Source: Nitrospirales bacterium
GTDB lineage: Bacteria > Nitrospirota > Nitrospiria > Nitrospirales > UBA8639
Direction of reading: 5' to 3'
Assembly (NCBI GenBank): GCA_963555755.3
Contig: OY820905.2
Span: 3,777,196 to 3,841,195, forward strand
DNA: 64,000 bases
Positions 18,895 to 29,817 of the stretch are shown piece after piece (the first letter of the stretch is position 1; each line of letters begins with the position of its first letter). Under the pieces are notes generated by a model, which was given only the letters and a program-made list of their open reading frames with translations, ran no database searches and was not told the DNA's origin. Both the position numbers and the translations under genes were made by a program.

Positions 18895-20604
18895 TTAGTG
18901 AACGAGGGCTTCACTTGAAAGTAGGACCCATCCGTATCGCTGTAATACTGGGGTAAATTGAAAGACTGGTTGTGGGAGTCGGGAGTGAAGATGGGATTGG
19001 AGAATGACCATGATCCGGCCATTTTGCTTCACATGAGGGTGGAAGAGGTGGTCTTCGCCAGGGTTGATAGAGTACACCCTGCGTTTGGCATAAAATGCTA
19101 ACGAGGGGAGTTTTCGGCCAAATTGAATTAGCCGATCGTCTGGTCCAAGGTTGAGCCCGGCGATGGTCGCCAGTTGTTGTGGAGGGTTGACGAAATATTT
19201 TCCATAGTGCGGTAAGGTGAAGACGAGCACGATAAGTAACAATGCCCCCATTGCGCCGGAGATGATCCAAAATGCCTGAGATCGTTTGGTATCATGCCAC
19301 ACAAAATGACGAAATAGCACCACGCTGAGAAAGACTCCTAGCCCCAACACCAATGGGGAATACCCTACGCCAATTTTTGCAGCGGCTGGAAACTCCAAGG
19401 CAATTTTGGTCTTAAAGGCTTCAAAAATGGCTGGGGCTGAGACGAGGGCAATACTGAGAATATACCCGGTGATCAGGATAATTCGAACCGATATTGTGAG
19501 TCCGGAGGGAGAAGGTTCACGTAAGAAACGAGACCACAACACTGCCACGAGCAGTGAGGCTGCGGGAAACAACGGCAGAATGTAGTGCGGAAGTCGTGTG
19601 GCGGAGATCGTAAAAAACACTAAAATTCCAATGATCCACAGCGAACAAAATACTAAGAGTCCGTCCTCTCCCTTAGCCTCTTTTTCTCCGGATCGGTATA
19701 ACTTCCATTCTTTCAGCGATTGATAGATCCCCACCGGAAGAAAACCGCTCCACGGGAAAAATCCTACGAGAAGGATAGGAAAATAAAACAGCAAGGTTCC
19801 GCCATGGCCTTCCATGGGATTCGCAAAGCGCCCGGTGGTATTAGCTTGGGCCGCTGCCATATAATCCGCACCATGGATAGCAAACATGGCGAGGTACCAG
19901 GGGGCGGCGATCAACATGAACACCGCCCAACCAAGAACAGGCTTTCCTCCTGCGAAATACTTCTTCCACTGACGGGTGAGCGTGAGATATGGAATGACAG
20001 CCAGCAGGGGAATGATTATGCCCACTGGACCTTTGGCGAGCATGGCGAAAGCCATGCCAATATAAAACAACCATAAAAACTGTCGCTCCCGACCCTCGCC
20101 GTGGAAACCTATCCAAAAGCTGTATGTGGCTAGTGTAGTAAAGAAGACCAACTCGGGGTCGGTTAAGACCATCCGATGAATGCCGATGAATTCCGCATTG
20201 AGCAGGAGGATAAGTGAACCACCAAACGCGATGGCCGGTCCAAGGAAACGATTCAGAAAAAAGTATTGAAGGAAGAGCAACCCGAGTCCGAAAAGCGCCG
20301 ATGGTAATCGGGCCGTAAATTCATTCACGCCAAACAGAGCATAGGTGCTGCCGATGATCCAATACACAAATGCAGGCTTAGCGTATCGCGGTTCATAGTT
20401 CAGCGTGGGAGAGATCCAGTCCCCGGTTTCGAGCATTTCACGTGCGGCTTCGGCGTTGCTGCCTTCGTCGCGATCGGTGAGACCCATGTCGCCAAGCCCG
20501 ATGAGGAGCAGGAAGGACCCAACAATCAGCAGAAAAATAAGGTGGAGGGTTTGTGTGGAAAAGGGCTGTCCGAGTGACTTGGCTGGTGTGGACTGGTTAA
20601 CCAC
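18895..20604 (-). CDS. arnT: ArnT/GT39 family lipid A glycosyltransferase
   Basis: DRDEGSNAEAAREM, KPAFVYW, KGPVG, TRLPHYILP; many TM segments. Confidence 0.85.
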   Translation of the reverse strand: MVNQSTPAKSLGQPFSTQTLHLIFLLIVGSFLLLIGLGDMGLTDRDEGSNAEAAREMLETGDWISPTLNYEPRYAKPAFVYWIIGSTYALFGVNEFTARLPSALFGLGLLFLQYFFLNRFLGPAIAFGGSLILLLNAEFIGIHRMVLTDPELVFFTTLATYSFWIGFHGEGRERQFLWLFYIGMAFAMLAKGPVGIIIPLLAVIPYLTLTRQWKKYFAGGKPVLGWAVFMLIAAPWYLAMFAIHGADYMAAAQANTTGRFANPMEGHGGTLLFYFPILLVGFFPWSGFLPVGIYQSLKEWKLYRSGEKEAKGEDGLLVFCSLWIIGILVFFTISATRLPHYILPLFPAASLLVAVLWSRFLREPSPSGLTISVRIILITGYILSIALVSAPAIFEAFKTKIALEFPAAAKIGVGYSPLVLGLGVFLSVVLFRHFVWHDTKRSQAFWIISGAMGALLLIVLVFTLPHYGKYFVNPPQQLATIAGLNLGPDDRLIQFGRKLPSLAFYAKRRVYSINPGEDHLFHPHVKQNGRIMVILQSHLHSRLPQPVFQFTPVLQRYGWVLLSSEALVH

Positions 20605-20923
20605 TCGCAGTTCGCTTTCCTGTTTTATGGATCAGCATTAAATTTCGTAGGTATACAAATGCGCCGATTCCTTGTCCGGCAATAAACACTGGGTCTCGGC
20701 GATGGATGGCATAGGCCAACACGATCAGGCCGCCACCCAAACTCATGTACCAAAATGCCATGGGCATTTGACTCTCAGCTTTCCGTTCAGAGGCGATCCA
20801 CTGAATAATCCACCGAGAAAAAAACAGACTTTGGCCGAAAAATCCGATACCGAGCCAGACGCTTTCCATGAAGGTTAACGCGGCAAAGTAGGCGTTGATA
20901 TCCGAAAGAAATTCGCTCATCAA
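20597..20923 (-). CDS. Lipid-A-disaccharide synthase N-terminal domain protein
   Basis: GQSLFFSRWIIQWIASE...P.AFWYMSL.GG...D.VFI.GQ. Confidence 0.9.
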   Translation of the reverse strand: MMSEFLSDINAYFAALTFMESVWLGIGFFGQSLFFSRWIIQWIASERKAESQMPMAFWYMSLGGGLIVLAYAIHRRDPVFIAGQGIGAFVYLRNLMLIHKTGKRTASG

Positions 20924-20935
20924 GAATTACGAGGC

Positions 20936-21161
20936 GGGAAGGTTGAAAAAGGGCGTCAGCCTACGCCGGAGCTTCGGCAGACAAGCCAGCAGCGTTCTCG
21001 GCCCTTTGTCGTGTTCACGTACTATGAGTACGCTCCGCGCGTCAAAGTGCCTGCCGCCTTGCTGAGCGAACCTTTTTGAACATCCCCAGTTGCTCTTGGC
21101 GTTTTATAAAATGAGTTACATGCGAACGGCAATATAGAAATTTTAATTATTCATCAGCCCC
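20936..21161 (-). mobile_element. MITE family G-A, reverse orientation, degenerate TSD
   Basis: Closely similar to 13730-13958; flanks GAGGC/AAGAC. Confidence 0.8.
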
Positions 21162-21263
21162 AAGACGTAAAGAATGGGAGGATGAAGAATTAGGTGTACC
21201 TTACCTTTCAGTGTTTTGTCGAGGGGATGGGATTATTGAGGCAAGGAAGGTCATGCGCGAACC

Positions 21264-22025
21264 CTAAGACTGTGAGTCGGATGAATCGCTTGGGGTGTTG
21301 ACGATTTCATATCGAAAACAGCGTTTCTGCATCCACCGGACGGCGATCAGGTCGTACAGGCCGGCAAAGAGGCGATTGCCAATTCCATATTTGGACTGTC
21401 CATGGGCGCGTGGGAAATGTTGAACAGGCACTTCTGTGACCGAAAACCCGTACATCTTGGCGAGGGCCGGAAAAAAACGATGCATGTTGTGAAAGAGGGC
21501 CATTCGCTCAATGACGCTCCGCCGGAAAATTTTGAGGGAACAGCCCGTATCGTGAATGCCGTCATGAATGACCGCGTTCCGAATCAGGTAGGCTATGCGT
21601 GATGAGAGTTGCCGAATGATATTGTCGAGTCGTTTCTGTCGGCGTCCACATACCAGATCGTAGTCCTTGGTGAACGGTAACAGCTTGGTAATGTCGGCGG
21701 GATCGTATTGAAGATCGCCATCAAGGGTCGCAATGAGTTCGCCGTGGGCCGAGCGAAACCCTGCATCAAATGCTGCGGTTTGCCCATGGTTCCGATCGAA
21801 GTGGACCACCCGTACTTCTGGCGTGTGAAGGCTGATCTCGTCTAGCACGGTGGCACTGCCATCGGTACTGCCATCATCCACGTACACAATTTCGAAGGGA
21901 GCCGTTTGCGATTGCTCCAACGCGCCGAGTACCTTGATGAGTTGATTGGTCAAAGGCTGAAGGTTGTCCCGCTCATCTTTAATCGGCACAACAACGGAGA
22001 GCCAAGGTATGTGGGTGACAGTCAT
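21264..22025 (-). CDS. GT2 glycosyltransferase (ArnC-like)
   Basis: VDDGSTDG, RNHGQTAA, DGDLQ, DTGCSLK. Confidence 0.92.
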   Translation of the reverse strand: MTVTHIPWLSVVVPIKDERDNLQPLTNQLIKVLGALEQSQTAPFEIVYVDDGSTDGSATVLDEISLHTPEVRVVHFDRNHGQTAAFDAGFRSAHGELIATLDGDLQYDPADITKLLPFTKDYDLVCGRRQKRLDNIIRQLSSRIAYLIRNAVIHDGIHDTGCSLKIFRRSVIERMALFHNMHRFFPALAKMYGFSVTEVPVQHFPRAHGQSKYGIGNRLFAGLYDLIAVRWMQKRCFRYEIVNTPSDSSDSQS

Positions 22026-22391
22026 GAGTGCTTGGGATGGCTCGTGAACACGTTGAGTGTCATTCGTTAGATTGAAACACTCGGATGGGTGGTGGTGTAG
22101 GAAAACTTTTCACAAGACTGACTCAGGCATTCTACTCAATCCTTAAAAGAAGGGTCAAACGATCGAAGGCCGAGATTGGATAAGCAGCGATTTTGGTGCA
22201 GTCGGAGCCTCTTGTGTGATCAACCTGTCGTAGTGTTCACCCAGGGGCAAAGCCCGGACATCCCTAGATAGAATGCAATATTTCTAGCAGCTATAACTAA
22301 ACAGTATCAATGCTTCTCATGATGGGGGCGCCCAACAGAACGCGATTCGCAACTGTTGCCTATCTAACTTAGCTCTCTCTATTCACATATT

Positions 22392-22655
22392 TCATTGTGA
22401 CCGCCTTCTATAGACCTCCCGTCGATGGCCTATGCGTAACACGACAATGTCTGACTCGACCAGATCAAAAATAATACGGTAATCCCCAACTCGAAATCGG
22501 TAGGATCCAAGTTGAGAATCCGTCAATTTTTCTGAATGTTTTAGGGGATCAGATTGAAATCGAAGGAGAGCGTTGCGAAGGCGGGTTTTCGTCGAGCCAT
22601 CAAATTTTTCTAAATCTTTAAGTGCCCGAAGGGTAAAAAGATAGTGAAACGCCAC
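22392..22655 (-). CDS. relE: RelE/ParE family toxin
   Basis: YRFRVGDYRIIF...RIGHRREVYR. Confidence 0.9.
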   Translation of the reverse strand: MAFHYLFTLRALKDLEKFDGSTKTRLRNALLRFQSDPLKHSEKLTDSQLGSYRFRVGDYRIIFDLVESDIVVLRIGHRREVYRRRSQ

Positions 22656-22852
22656 TACCCAAAAACCTCTTTTAACGTCTTCACTTTCCCCTTTTTATAT
22701 TGAGCCCTTGCCTCCCGGATGCTGGCTAAATAGTCCGGTGAAGTCGAAGCTAAGAGGTCTTCTAAAAAAGCATCACGTTGTTTTTTTTTCATTTGTTTGA
22801 CAGCTCGAATAATGATCTCAGGCTGCACTTGCATGATGACAGATGTGGACAA
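22655..22852 (-). CDS. Putative antitoxin
   Basis: GAGGAGG RBS before TTG 22852; YLASIREARAQYKKGKVKTLKEVF; abuts the toxin. Confidence 0.75.
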   Translation of the reverse strand: MSTSVIMQVQPEIIIRAVKQMKKKQRDAFLEDLLASTSPDYLASIREARAQYKKGKVKTLKEVFG

Positions 22853-22924
22853 AACCAACCTCCTCAGGTGAAAGGTGAGTAACATTTGAATCGTATGTAA
22901 CAAGACAGTGAAAGTCAACGAACC

Positions 22925-23041
22925 GGAAATCCGGTTCCGAATCATGTATTTGGACACGGTGGCCTGCGAGATATGAATGTCGAATTTGAGCAGTTCCCCG
23001 TGAATCCGCAGTGCTCCCCACAAAGGGTTGGTCTGACTCAA
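22925..23041 (-). pseudogene. IS3-like transposase/integrase fragment
   Basis: MSQTNPLWGALRIHGELLKFDIHISQATVSKYM remnant. Confidence 0.7.
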
Positions 23042-23270
23042 GTTATTGTAATGTGCAATTCACAGAGTGACGACTGTTTTCAAGAGCTATTTTCAAGAAC
23101 ATCATGAAATCGTGCCCTCTTCCTGTGCAGCAATGGTCAATGGTGCCGGGAAGAGGCAGCATTAGATGCTACGGCTACAGGAAACACGATGTGGTCGAAA
23201 AGTGAGAAGCAGTTTGCCTCACTCCACCAACATTGCGATTGATCCATTAAAATGGGGATAGGCCGGAAGG

Positions 23271-23981
23271 CTACGAGTTGGTGATCACGCGAAACCGCAG
23301 GGTGCCCATTCTTGACATCTCATTGGCTTCATATCCGACGAAGATATCAATATGATAGTGGCCGGGTTTCCATCCTTGTTCCGAAGGGGGAAAGAATTTG
23401 AGATATCCACTTTCGTCTTCCAATGTGAGATACGCCATATCTTCATCGATCATGCTCTCAGTTGCCCCCCCCTCGACGAAATCATGGTACACCTGTCCAA
23501 TCACCTGATAGGCCTGATAATGTTTAAACACCTGGAATACGACGTATATCGCTGAAGCGTCTACAGTGAATTGGTCCGTCGGTCGTACGGGGTAATACAA
23601 GTTTCCACGCCGAAAATCCAAGTCTTCGTCAAAGTCTTCTGCCAGGGTGATATTTAAAAAGAGCCCTTCTGGTTTGTGGTCAAGTGGTGGCTGGCTATTT
23701 AGGTCGAGTTCCCGACGATTATCATAGTAGGGAAGGGGATTCGGAGACGCTTCTGAAGGATTAAAGGGGATCGTATCAAGCTCAGAAAAACCGTGCTTCG
23801 TTTCAGCTGGATCAAATGGTGCGGGTGATGGCGAGGGGCCCCCTGGTTCTTCACCCTTCGCCAGGTTTGGGTGGGCCATCATGAGGGTCAGACCAAGAGT
23901 GAGGAGTAAGGTGTAAGGAGTGAGAGGGAAAAATGAAGAGTCAAGGGTGAAGGGTGAAGAAAGTCTGGACGTATAACCCAT
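23271..23981 (-). CDS. Exported hypothetical protein (true start uncertain)
   Basis: 236-aa ORF; 5' end overlaps a heptamer repeat tract. Confidence 0.6.
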   Translation of the reverse strand: MGYTSRLSSPFTLDSSFFPLTPYTLLLTLGLTLMMAHPNLAKGEEPGGPSPSPAPFDPAETKHGFSELDTIPFNPSEASPNPLPYYDNRRELDLNSQPPLDHKPEGLFLNITLAEDFDEDLDFRRGNLYYPVRPTDQFTVDASAIYVVFQVFKHYQAYQVIGQVYHDFVEGGATESMIDEDMAYLTLEDESGYLKFFPPSEQGWKPGHYHIDIFVGYEANEMSRMGTLRFRVITNS

Positions 23982-24083
23982 TACGCATCACCCATCACGT
24001 GTTTCCAAGTTATTTTCTCTCAGGTCCCAAAGCCCCTGTCTCTTCCATCCCCAACTGGGCCCAATCACATCTCTCTCGCCTTC

Positions 24084-24297
24084 GTGCGCGGCGGAGCCGG
24101 AGTCCCGAATCGAGCCCTTCGGCGAGGGCTGTTTGAGCGCAGCGAGTTCCCGAGCCATCTTGATTTGGGACGGAGGCGGAGGCACCCCGGAGAGCCTGCT
24201 TCTGAGCAGGGTCGTAGGGGCCGCGTGCGGGCGAACATGGTTTTGGGCACTTTTGCCGAAACACAAGTGCCTCGTCGCGCGCGGGGGGGGCCGCATA
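24084..24297 (+). repeat. Family B dispersed repeat
   Basis: Family consensus. Confidence 0.8.
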
Positions 24298-24304
24298 CAA
24301 TTAA

Positions 24305-24445
24305 GGGCACCTCTAAAAACCGTCCTTTTCCGTGATGGCGGCGTCAGCCGCGTGCTCACATCCTCATGTATTCGCCCATACACTCCGGTTTTCCGCGCGC
24401 GGCTTCCTTGCCCTCACAAAAAATGCCTGGTTTGTAGAGGTGCCC
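24305..24445. mobile_element. 141-bp MITE with TTAA direct repeats
   Basis: GGGCACCTCTA..AAAC/GTTT..TAGAGGTGCCC; TTAA on both sides. Confidence 0.85.
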
Positions 24446-24637
24446 TTAATTTGTTCGTTGAACCACTGAACCCGGACGAGCTGAAACCAAAGACGTCGTT
24501 CCTCACTACTTCCTAACGGCCATGTCCCTTTTCTGTCAAGAAAGCCCACTTCCTTGCGGCCCCAAAAATCTGTTTGTTAGAATTCTGACTCTTTAGGTAG
24601 TAAATTTTACACCATAGGGCAGTTTGAGGTTTAATTC

Positions 24638-26086
24638 ATGGCCGCACAAACGGCAACATCCGAAGATTCACTTCCTCAGCTTCTAGGCGATTTTTTGCCC
24701 ATTGATGTCTGGCAGATCCACATGAACCACGTGTTCTATGGGCTTCGTGGCGGGCAACTCCGTGACCTCTATCAAACCTTTGCCGCCGCGGATTACCGAC
24801 TAGGGTTTGCCCTAGCCGCTGACTATATGGATCGAGTGCAGCAACGCGAAAAAACCAATCCCTCCGCGTCCTCCACGCCTCTGACAATTATGGAGTGGGG
24901 ATGTGGCAATGGAAACTTAGCCGCGTGTTTCCTGGATCGAGTGCAGGCGTTGGATTCGGCTGGAACGGTGTATCCACGCATCGAATACATTCTGATCGAT
25001 TCATCCGAGGTGGTGCTGGACAGCGCCAAAGCCAACGCGGATTTGGCCAAGCATCAAGGTCGAATCAAGTTCGAGCACGCTCAAGTCCCTGAGCTGCAAG
25101 GCTTTGCTGACGGTTCGGTCGATCGTATCATTTGCAACGAATTTTGGAATGAATCTTCTACCAAGCTCTTGCTCCGAAAAGCCGGGGACATCATGGAGGA
25201 ACATGTTCGTCCCAATCTCAAGGAAACTCGCCTGCAGGGTTTCCCGGATTGGACCGCGTTTATTCAGGCATTCGAACACCTCGATGTTCCGACCCTCAAA
25301 GGGCTGCCGAGTTTCTTGGAAGATATTGTGTGGGAGAGAACGTATAATAAAATCGAAGCCAAAGACGTTCCGTTTCGACGGCTCATCACGGATTTTTTAA
25401 AGTTCATTGATGAGGAAGTGTTGGTGCCCTATAATGTCGGGGCGGCCTCTTCGCTCAAAGAAGCCACTCGGCTGTTGGCCCCCGATGCCATTGGCCTCAG
25501 TGCCTTTGATGCGGGAACGGCGGACCTTTCAGTGCTTAATGATCCGGACAAGCCCTGTTATAACCTGCTTGGCGGTCAATTTAGTTTTATGGTAAATTTT
25601 GCCTTGCTTGAAGAGGTGGCCAAGCACTTGGGTAGTCGAGAGGTGCACATCGAACCTCAAAAAGAATTCGTCGGACGGAATCTTGGGACTAATGTGATGA
25701 GTCTCATGGATGTCCTGGCCTCTCACCCTCGTTTGCCGGAAGGTGACCAATGGGAAGTCGATCGATTCATTCTCAAAACGATCGGAGCCATTAATAATGC
25801 GTATCAAAGCCCGTACCACCGGACCATCGAATTTCCGGTTCCGCCAAATATACCAAATGATCAACGAGAAGAATTAGAGCGCCTTCAGGGTAGTCTGAAG
25901 TCTGCGGGCGTGCCTGATACGATTGCGTATTTAACAGAGGAAGAAGTGTTGGGCGTGGCGGGCACATTGGAAGAGCTGGGATACGACCGAGAAATACTTC
26001 GTACGGTATTGCAAGCACCGGCGCAACCGGTCGATTATTTTCATTTCCTTTTTGTTCCGGTGGGGGAGAAAAATAGTAAGGAGTGA
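24638..26086 (+). CDS. SAM-dependent methyltransferase, MidA/DUF185-like
   Basis: IMEWGCGNGNL motif I, IICNEFW, FSFMVNF..L..V. Confidence 0.8.
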   Translation: MAAQTATSEDSLPQLLGDFLPIDVWQIHMNHVFYGLRGGQLRDLYQTFAAADYRLGFALAADYMDRVQQREKTNPSASSTPLTIMEWGCGNGNLAACFLDRVQALDSAGTVYPRIEYILIDSSEVVLDSAKANADLAKHQGRIKFEHAQVPELQGFADGSVDRIICNEFWNESSTKLLLRKAGDIMEEHVRPNLKETRLQGFPDWTAFIQAFEHLDVPTLKGLPSFLEDIVWERTYNKIEAKDVPFRRLITDFLKFIDEEVLVPYNVGAASSLKEATRLLAPDAIGLSAFDAGTADLSVLNDPDKPCYNLLGGQFSFMVNFALLEEVAKHLGSREVHIEPQKEFVGRNLGTNVMSLMDVLASHPRLPEGDQWEVDRFILKTIGAINNAYQSPYHRTIEFPVPPNIPNDQREELERLQGSLKSAGVPDTIAYLTEEEVLGVAGTLEELGYDREILRTVLQAPAQPVDYFHFLFVPVGEKNSKE

Positions 26087-26407
26087 AAAATTAGGAGTGG
26101 AGAGGCACAGAAGAAGAGGGTTCTTTCCAACAGATATTACGCATTTGAAGTAGGCGGACTTGGGTAGATCAAACTATTCTTGGACGTAGGTTCCAAGGTC
26201 GATCATCGCAGGAATTTCACATATTAATGTGAAGTGTAGATGAAAACCGGTAGGCACACGATAGAGACTAAAGGGCTCATCAGTAAAATTTTCCTACGAT
26301 TAAGTGAATTTTGGGTAGATTTCTTGTTAATGACATTGTATACTGCGCCCGGTTGGGATAGTGCCAGATTGGTGCAGGAGCATAGTATTATCACCGAGAG
26401 GTTGTGA

Positions 26408-26761
26408 ATGATTGGATCGTTTGGATGGATGGAGCTCCTTCTTATTTTATTTATCGTCCTCATAATTTTTGGTGCTGGGAAGATTCCGCAACTTGGAGAA
26501 GGTTTGGGAAAAGCCATCAAAGGATTCAAAAAATCCATTCATGAACCTGATGCCATGGACGTCACTCCGCCACCGGATCAAGAAGGATTTCAACAAGGGG
26601 CCCCAATGCCAGCGCAACAGGTACCGGATCACACCATGGAACAAGCCAGCGTGCCACAATCTAGCGTACCACCCCTGGAACAGGTCAGCGTACCCTCCCC
26701 GCAAGAACAGCCCGTGCAGCAAGTCCCGGTGGAGCAACCTCAAGAAACGAAACAAGGATGA
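26408..26761 (+). CDS. tatA: Tat translocase TatA with long Q/P-rich tail
   Basis: [34 protein letters not shown]. Confidence 0.92.
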   Translation: MIGSFGWMELLLILFIVLIIFGAGKIPQLGEGLGKAIKGFKKSIHEPDAMDVTPPPDQEGFQQGAPMPAQQVPDHTMEQASVPQSSVPPLEQVSVPSPQEQPVQQVPVEQPQETKQG

Positions 26762-26839
26762 TGGAGAAAAGCATGAGGCGTGAGGAGTTATGAAGGATGA
26801 AAGAACATCTTTTCGTTTCACGCTTCACAGGAGTAAACA

Positions 26840-27133
26840 ATGTTCGGTTTAGGCGCAATGGAAGTTTTGATTATTTTGGTCATTGCGTTTTTGTTGTTCG
26901 GGCCAAAAGAGCTTCCTGAAATCGGGAAGCAAGTTGGAAAAGCCATAAAGGGATTCAAAGAGACGGCTGATGATCTTCGCCAAACAGTTGAACCAGAGAT
27001 CAACATGATTCAGCAGGAAGTGAAGATGGTCGAACAGGATCTTGAATCATCCATGAAAGAAGCTGAGGAAACCATCAAAAGTGTTGGCGATTCGGCATCG
27101 TCCAGTATCAAGGAAGAAACAAAAATAGGATAA
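26840..27133 (+). CDS. Tat translocase TatA/TatB family
   Basis: MFGLGAMEVLIILVIAFLLFGPKELPEIGK. Confidence 0.9.
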   Translation: MFGLGAMEVLIILVIAFLLFGPKELPEIGKQVGKAIKGFKETADDLRQTVEPEINMIQQEVKMVEQDLESSMKEAEETIKSVGDSASSSIKEETKIG

Positions 27134-27314
27134 CCATGGTTTGTAGCCGCAGCATTTAATGCTGCTTTTGGATAAGAGAAATCCAAAAAGGAAGCTTTAA
27201 TTCCATAAACCGTAATTTGTATGCATGTTGTATTTTTAAGACACTTTTGGAGGACGTGTCTAAATTAAAAATAAAAATAATAATACAATCAACATGTTGC
27301 AATGGGAAGTAAAA

Positions 27315-27330
27315 TGGCATAGTTTTGGCA
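27315..27330 (+). promoter_or_regulatory. Possible sigma-54 promoter
   Basis: TGGCATAGTTTTGGCA has correct -24 GG/-12 GC spacing, upstream of the porin gene. Confidence 0.35.
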
Positions 27331-27640
27331 TTAAAATAATTCACTAATGGGCATTATCTAATAGTTTTCACCCGAGTGCCCTGAGGCAACTCATTTAAAA
27401 CAAAGGAGGGGGGCCACGAAAAAATTAGAAAGGCATTGCAGGAAAATGGATGTTTTCCTAAAGATTTCAGCGTCCCGCGCCAAACGTGAAGGGACACAAA
27501 CGGGAAAGAAAGAATGTTTCAAATCGTTAAGGTTAAGGTAGTCAAAGTTGAAACGACACATTGGGGTAGTAAGGTTGAAAACCAGCGAATATTTAACGAG
27601 GAACTATCCCGCGGGGGAACCAACTTACAGGAGGAGTGCC

Positions 27641-29245
27641 ATGAAAGTATTTAGCAATGGTCTCAAGTGGGCAACGGCTGCAGTCTTATTCGTCACGATG
27701 ACAGCCGCGCCAGCTTTTGCCGCAAAAACAACACCGGCCACGGATAAGAACTCTGCCGTGCCTGCCGTGCCACGTGCCATTCCGAACTTGATTCCGTATC
27801 ACAAGTTTGATCCACCCACAAGCAAACTGTTTGACATCAACAAACTCAATATCACCGGAGATCTCCGGGTTCGGCCAGAATTCCGAAATAGCAATAAATT
27901 TGGTATTGGTAAAAGGCAAGCCTATAAAAGGGTTCTTTAGCGGTAGGTGCCATGCCATCAACCACTGAAAGAACAATGATTTCTTTGTCCAACAGTGGGT
28001 GCGGATTGGTTTCCACTACACCATTTCACCCGACGTAGTATTTTTCTTCCAACCCCAATACTCAAAAAACTGGGGGAGAAATATAGGAGGGGCCGGAGAT
28101 CCTAATAGTTCCGCGTCCAACCTATATGCCCGTCAAGCATTTATGTTGATTCGAAATGTGGGCGTGAAGAATTTAACCGCCAAAATTGGTCGACAATTAG
28201 TGGTCTGGGGCAACCACCGTATGTTTGGCCATTTTGATTGGAACAATATTGGTTGGGCATTAGATGGTGCCTCGCTGAATTATAAGGTCAGCAAAACTAT
28301 AACGCTGCAGGCTGCTTGGTTAAGAATAGCCGAAGGCGATTGTGGTGGTGCAGCCAGTGGAGGGTGTGGAGGTAGTGGTCAGCCAGCCGGGTCCAGCCGG
28401 GATGGTAATATTATTTTTCTTCGTGCGCCGATTAAAATTGCTGGCGTGACGGTGGAACCAGCCTGGATTTGGCATGATGGTGGAACGAATCGAGGCAAAG
28501 GCTTAGCACATAATCGACCAGCTAACCAATCTCGTCATACGATCGGTGGTCGCGCCACGACGAAACAAACACTTTCAAAACTCCGTGTTGATATAACCGT
28601 TGAAGGGTACTACCAGTTTGGGGAAATTGGAAATATAGGGCCTACTGCTGGATGGTTCTAGAAGTTTTGACATTGAGGCCTATGCCTTTCATGTTGATGG
28701 AGGCGTGACTCTTCCTGTGCCAATGCAACCTCGTATTGGTCTTGAATTTAATATTGCCTCCGGAGATTCAAAGGCCAACACTTGCAAGACCGATAACGCA
28801 TGCCCCTGGAACCTGTAATGCTAAATGGGGCGGGTTCGACCAATTATTCCCGACGAACCATATTCACTTCGGGTATATGGATCGGATGGCATGGAAGAAT
28901 ATGATTCATTTTGGTGCGACGTTGAATCTGCGGCCGACCAAGAATAGCCACTTGGATATCGGTGGCCATAAGTTCTTGCTGAATGAAGAGGGAGACAATT
29001 GGTACGGTGCCAGCCAAAATGTATTTATTAAGTCACCGACTGGTAACAAAGAAGATGACCTTGGAAGCGAAATCGATGTAGTCTATACCGTGTTCTTCAC
29101 GCCGGGTAACCATGTTGCCTGGCAAGTCGGTGGTGGGGTCTTCTTCCCTGGTGACTTTATTGACAGTAATCCCGCATCTGGCTATAATGGAGTAAGTGTT
29201 CCCAATGAAACCTGGGGTTATACCCAACTCTGGATCAATTGGTAA
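27641..29245 (+). pseudogene. Alginate-export-family outer membrane porin, multiply frameshifted
   Basis: RBS GGAGG, signal peptide, GDLRVRPEFRN, GRQLVVWGNHRMFG, QLFPTNH, terminal W; frame breaks near 27930-27980, 28655 and 28810. Confidence 0.8.
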
Positions 29246-29281
29246 TGTGATGTAAGGGGATCGATCCTCCCCGTTATCCTG

Positions 29282-29321
29282 AATCCCCGCTGAGGTTCAT
29301 CCCTCAGCGGGGATTTTTTTT
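29282..29321 (+). terminator. Rho-independent terminator
   Basis: 14-bp stem AATCCCCGCTGAGG/CCTCAGCGGGGATT followed by a T run. Confidence 0.9.
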
Positions 29322-29477
29322 GGCACAATCATGTATCCAAAATTATCGGCCCACTTTTCATAATGCCGAATTAAACTGAAATTAAAATTCTTCGTAGGTG
29401 CAACGTCTTATGCTGCCATAAAATACCAAACAAAAATTGGCGCCATTAGATGGCGCAGCAACAAAAGAAGGAGTATT

Positions 29478-29563
29478 GTAGCTGCAGCGTCTCACGCTGC
29501 CTCTTCCTGACGTCACTGGACATTGCTGCGTGGGAAGAGGGCACGATGATATCGTGCAGCTAA
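29478..29563. repeat. GTAG-family REP doublet (REPIN)
   Basis: GTAG-CT-GCAGCGT-CTC-ACGCTGC and an inverted partner GCACGAT-nnn-ATCGTGC. Confidence 0.85.
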
Positions 29564-29641
29564 AAACAAATTTCTGGAGCAGCATCATCTTATGCTGCCT
29601 TCTTGTTCATCGGCGCCCGGGCTTTCGCTTAAGCGATTGAA

Positions 29642-29804
29642 CCTAGAAACGGCAGTTGGGCGCAAAAAAGCCGTGTAAGATATTGGTGTGCATGATGAAA
29701 TACAAAAAGTCGTAGTCACCTCGGTGGTGATAAGACATTTTTGTATTTTATCAGGTGCGCCAAGAGCTTGCGCGGACTTTTGTGATCCAATTGCTGTTTC
29801 TAGG
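29642..29804. mobile_element. Second copy of the 163-bp CCTAGAAAC MITE, TTGAA direct repeats
   Basis: Same length and termini as 1228-1390; TTGAA at 29637-29641 and 29805-29809. Confidence 0.9.
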
Positions 29805-29817
29805 TTGAAGGCCAAAT

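Noticed and set aside
22655-23041. Single 128-aa protein
   Set aside because: Chance in-frame fusion of an IS3-like remnant and the antitoxin, which has its own RBS at about 22860.
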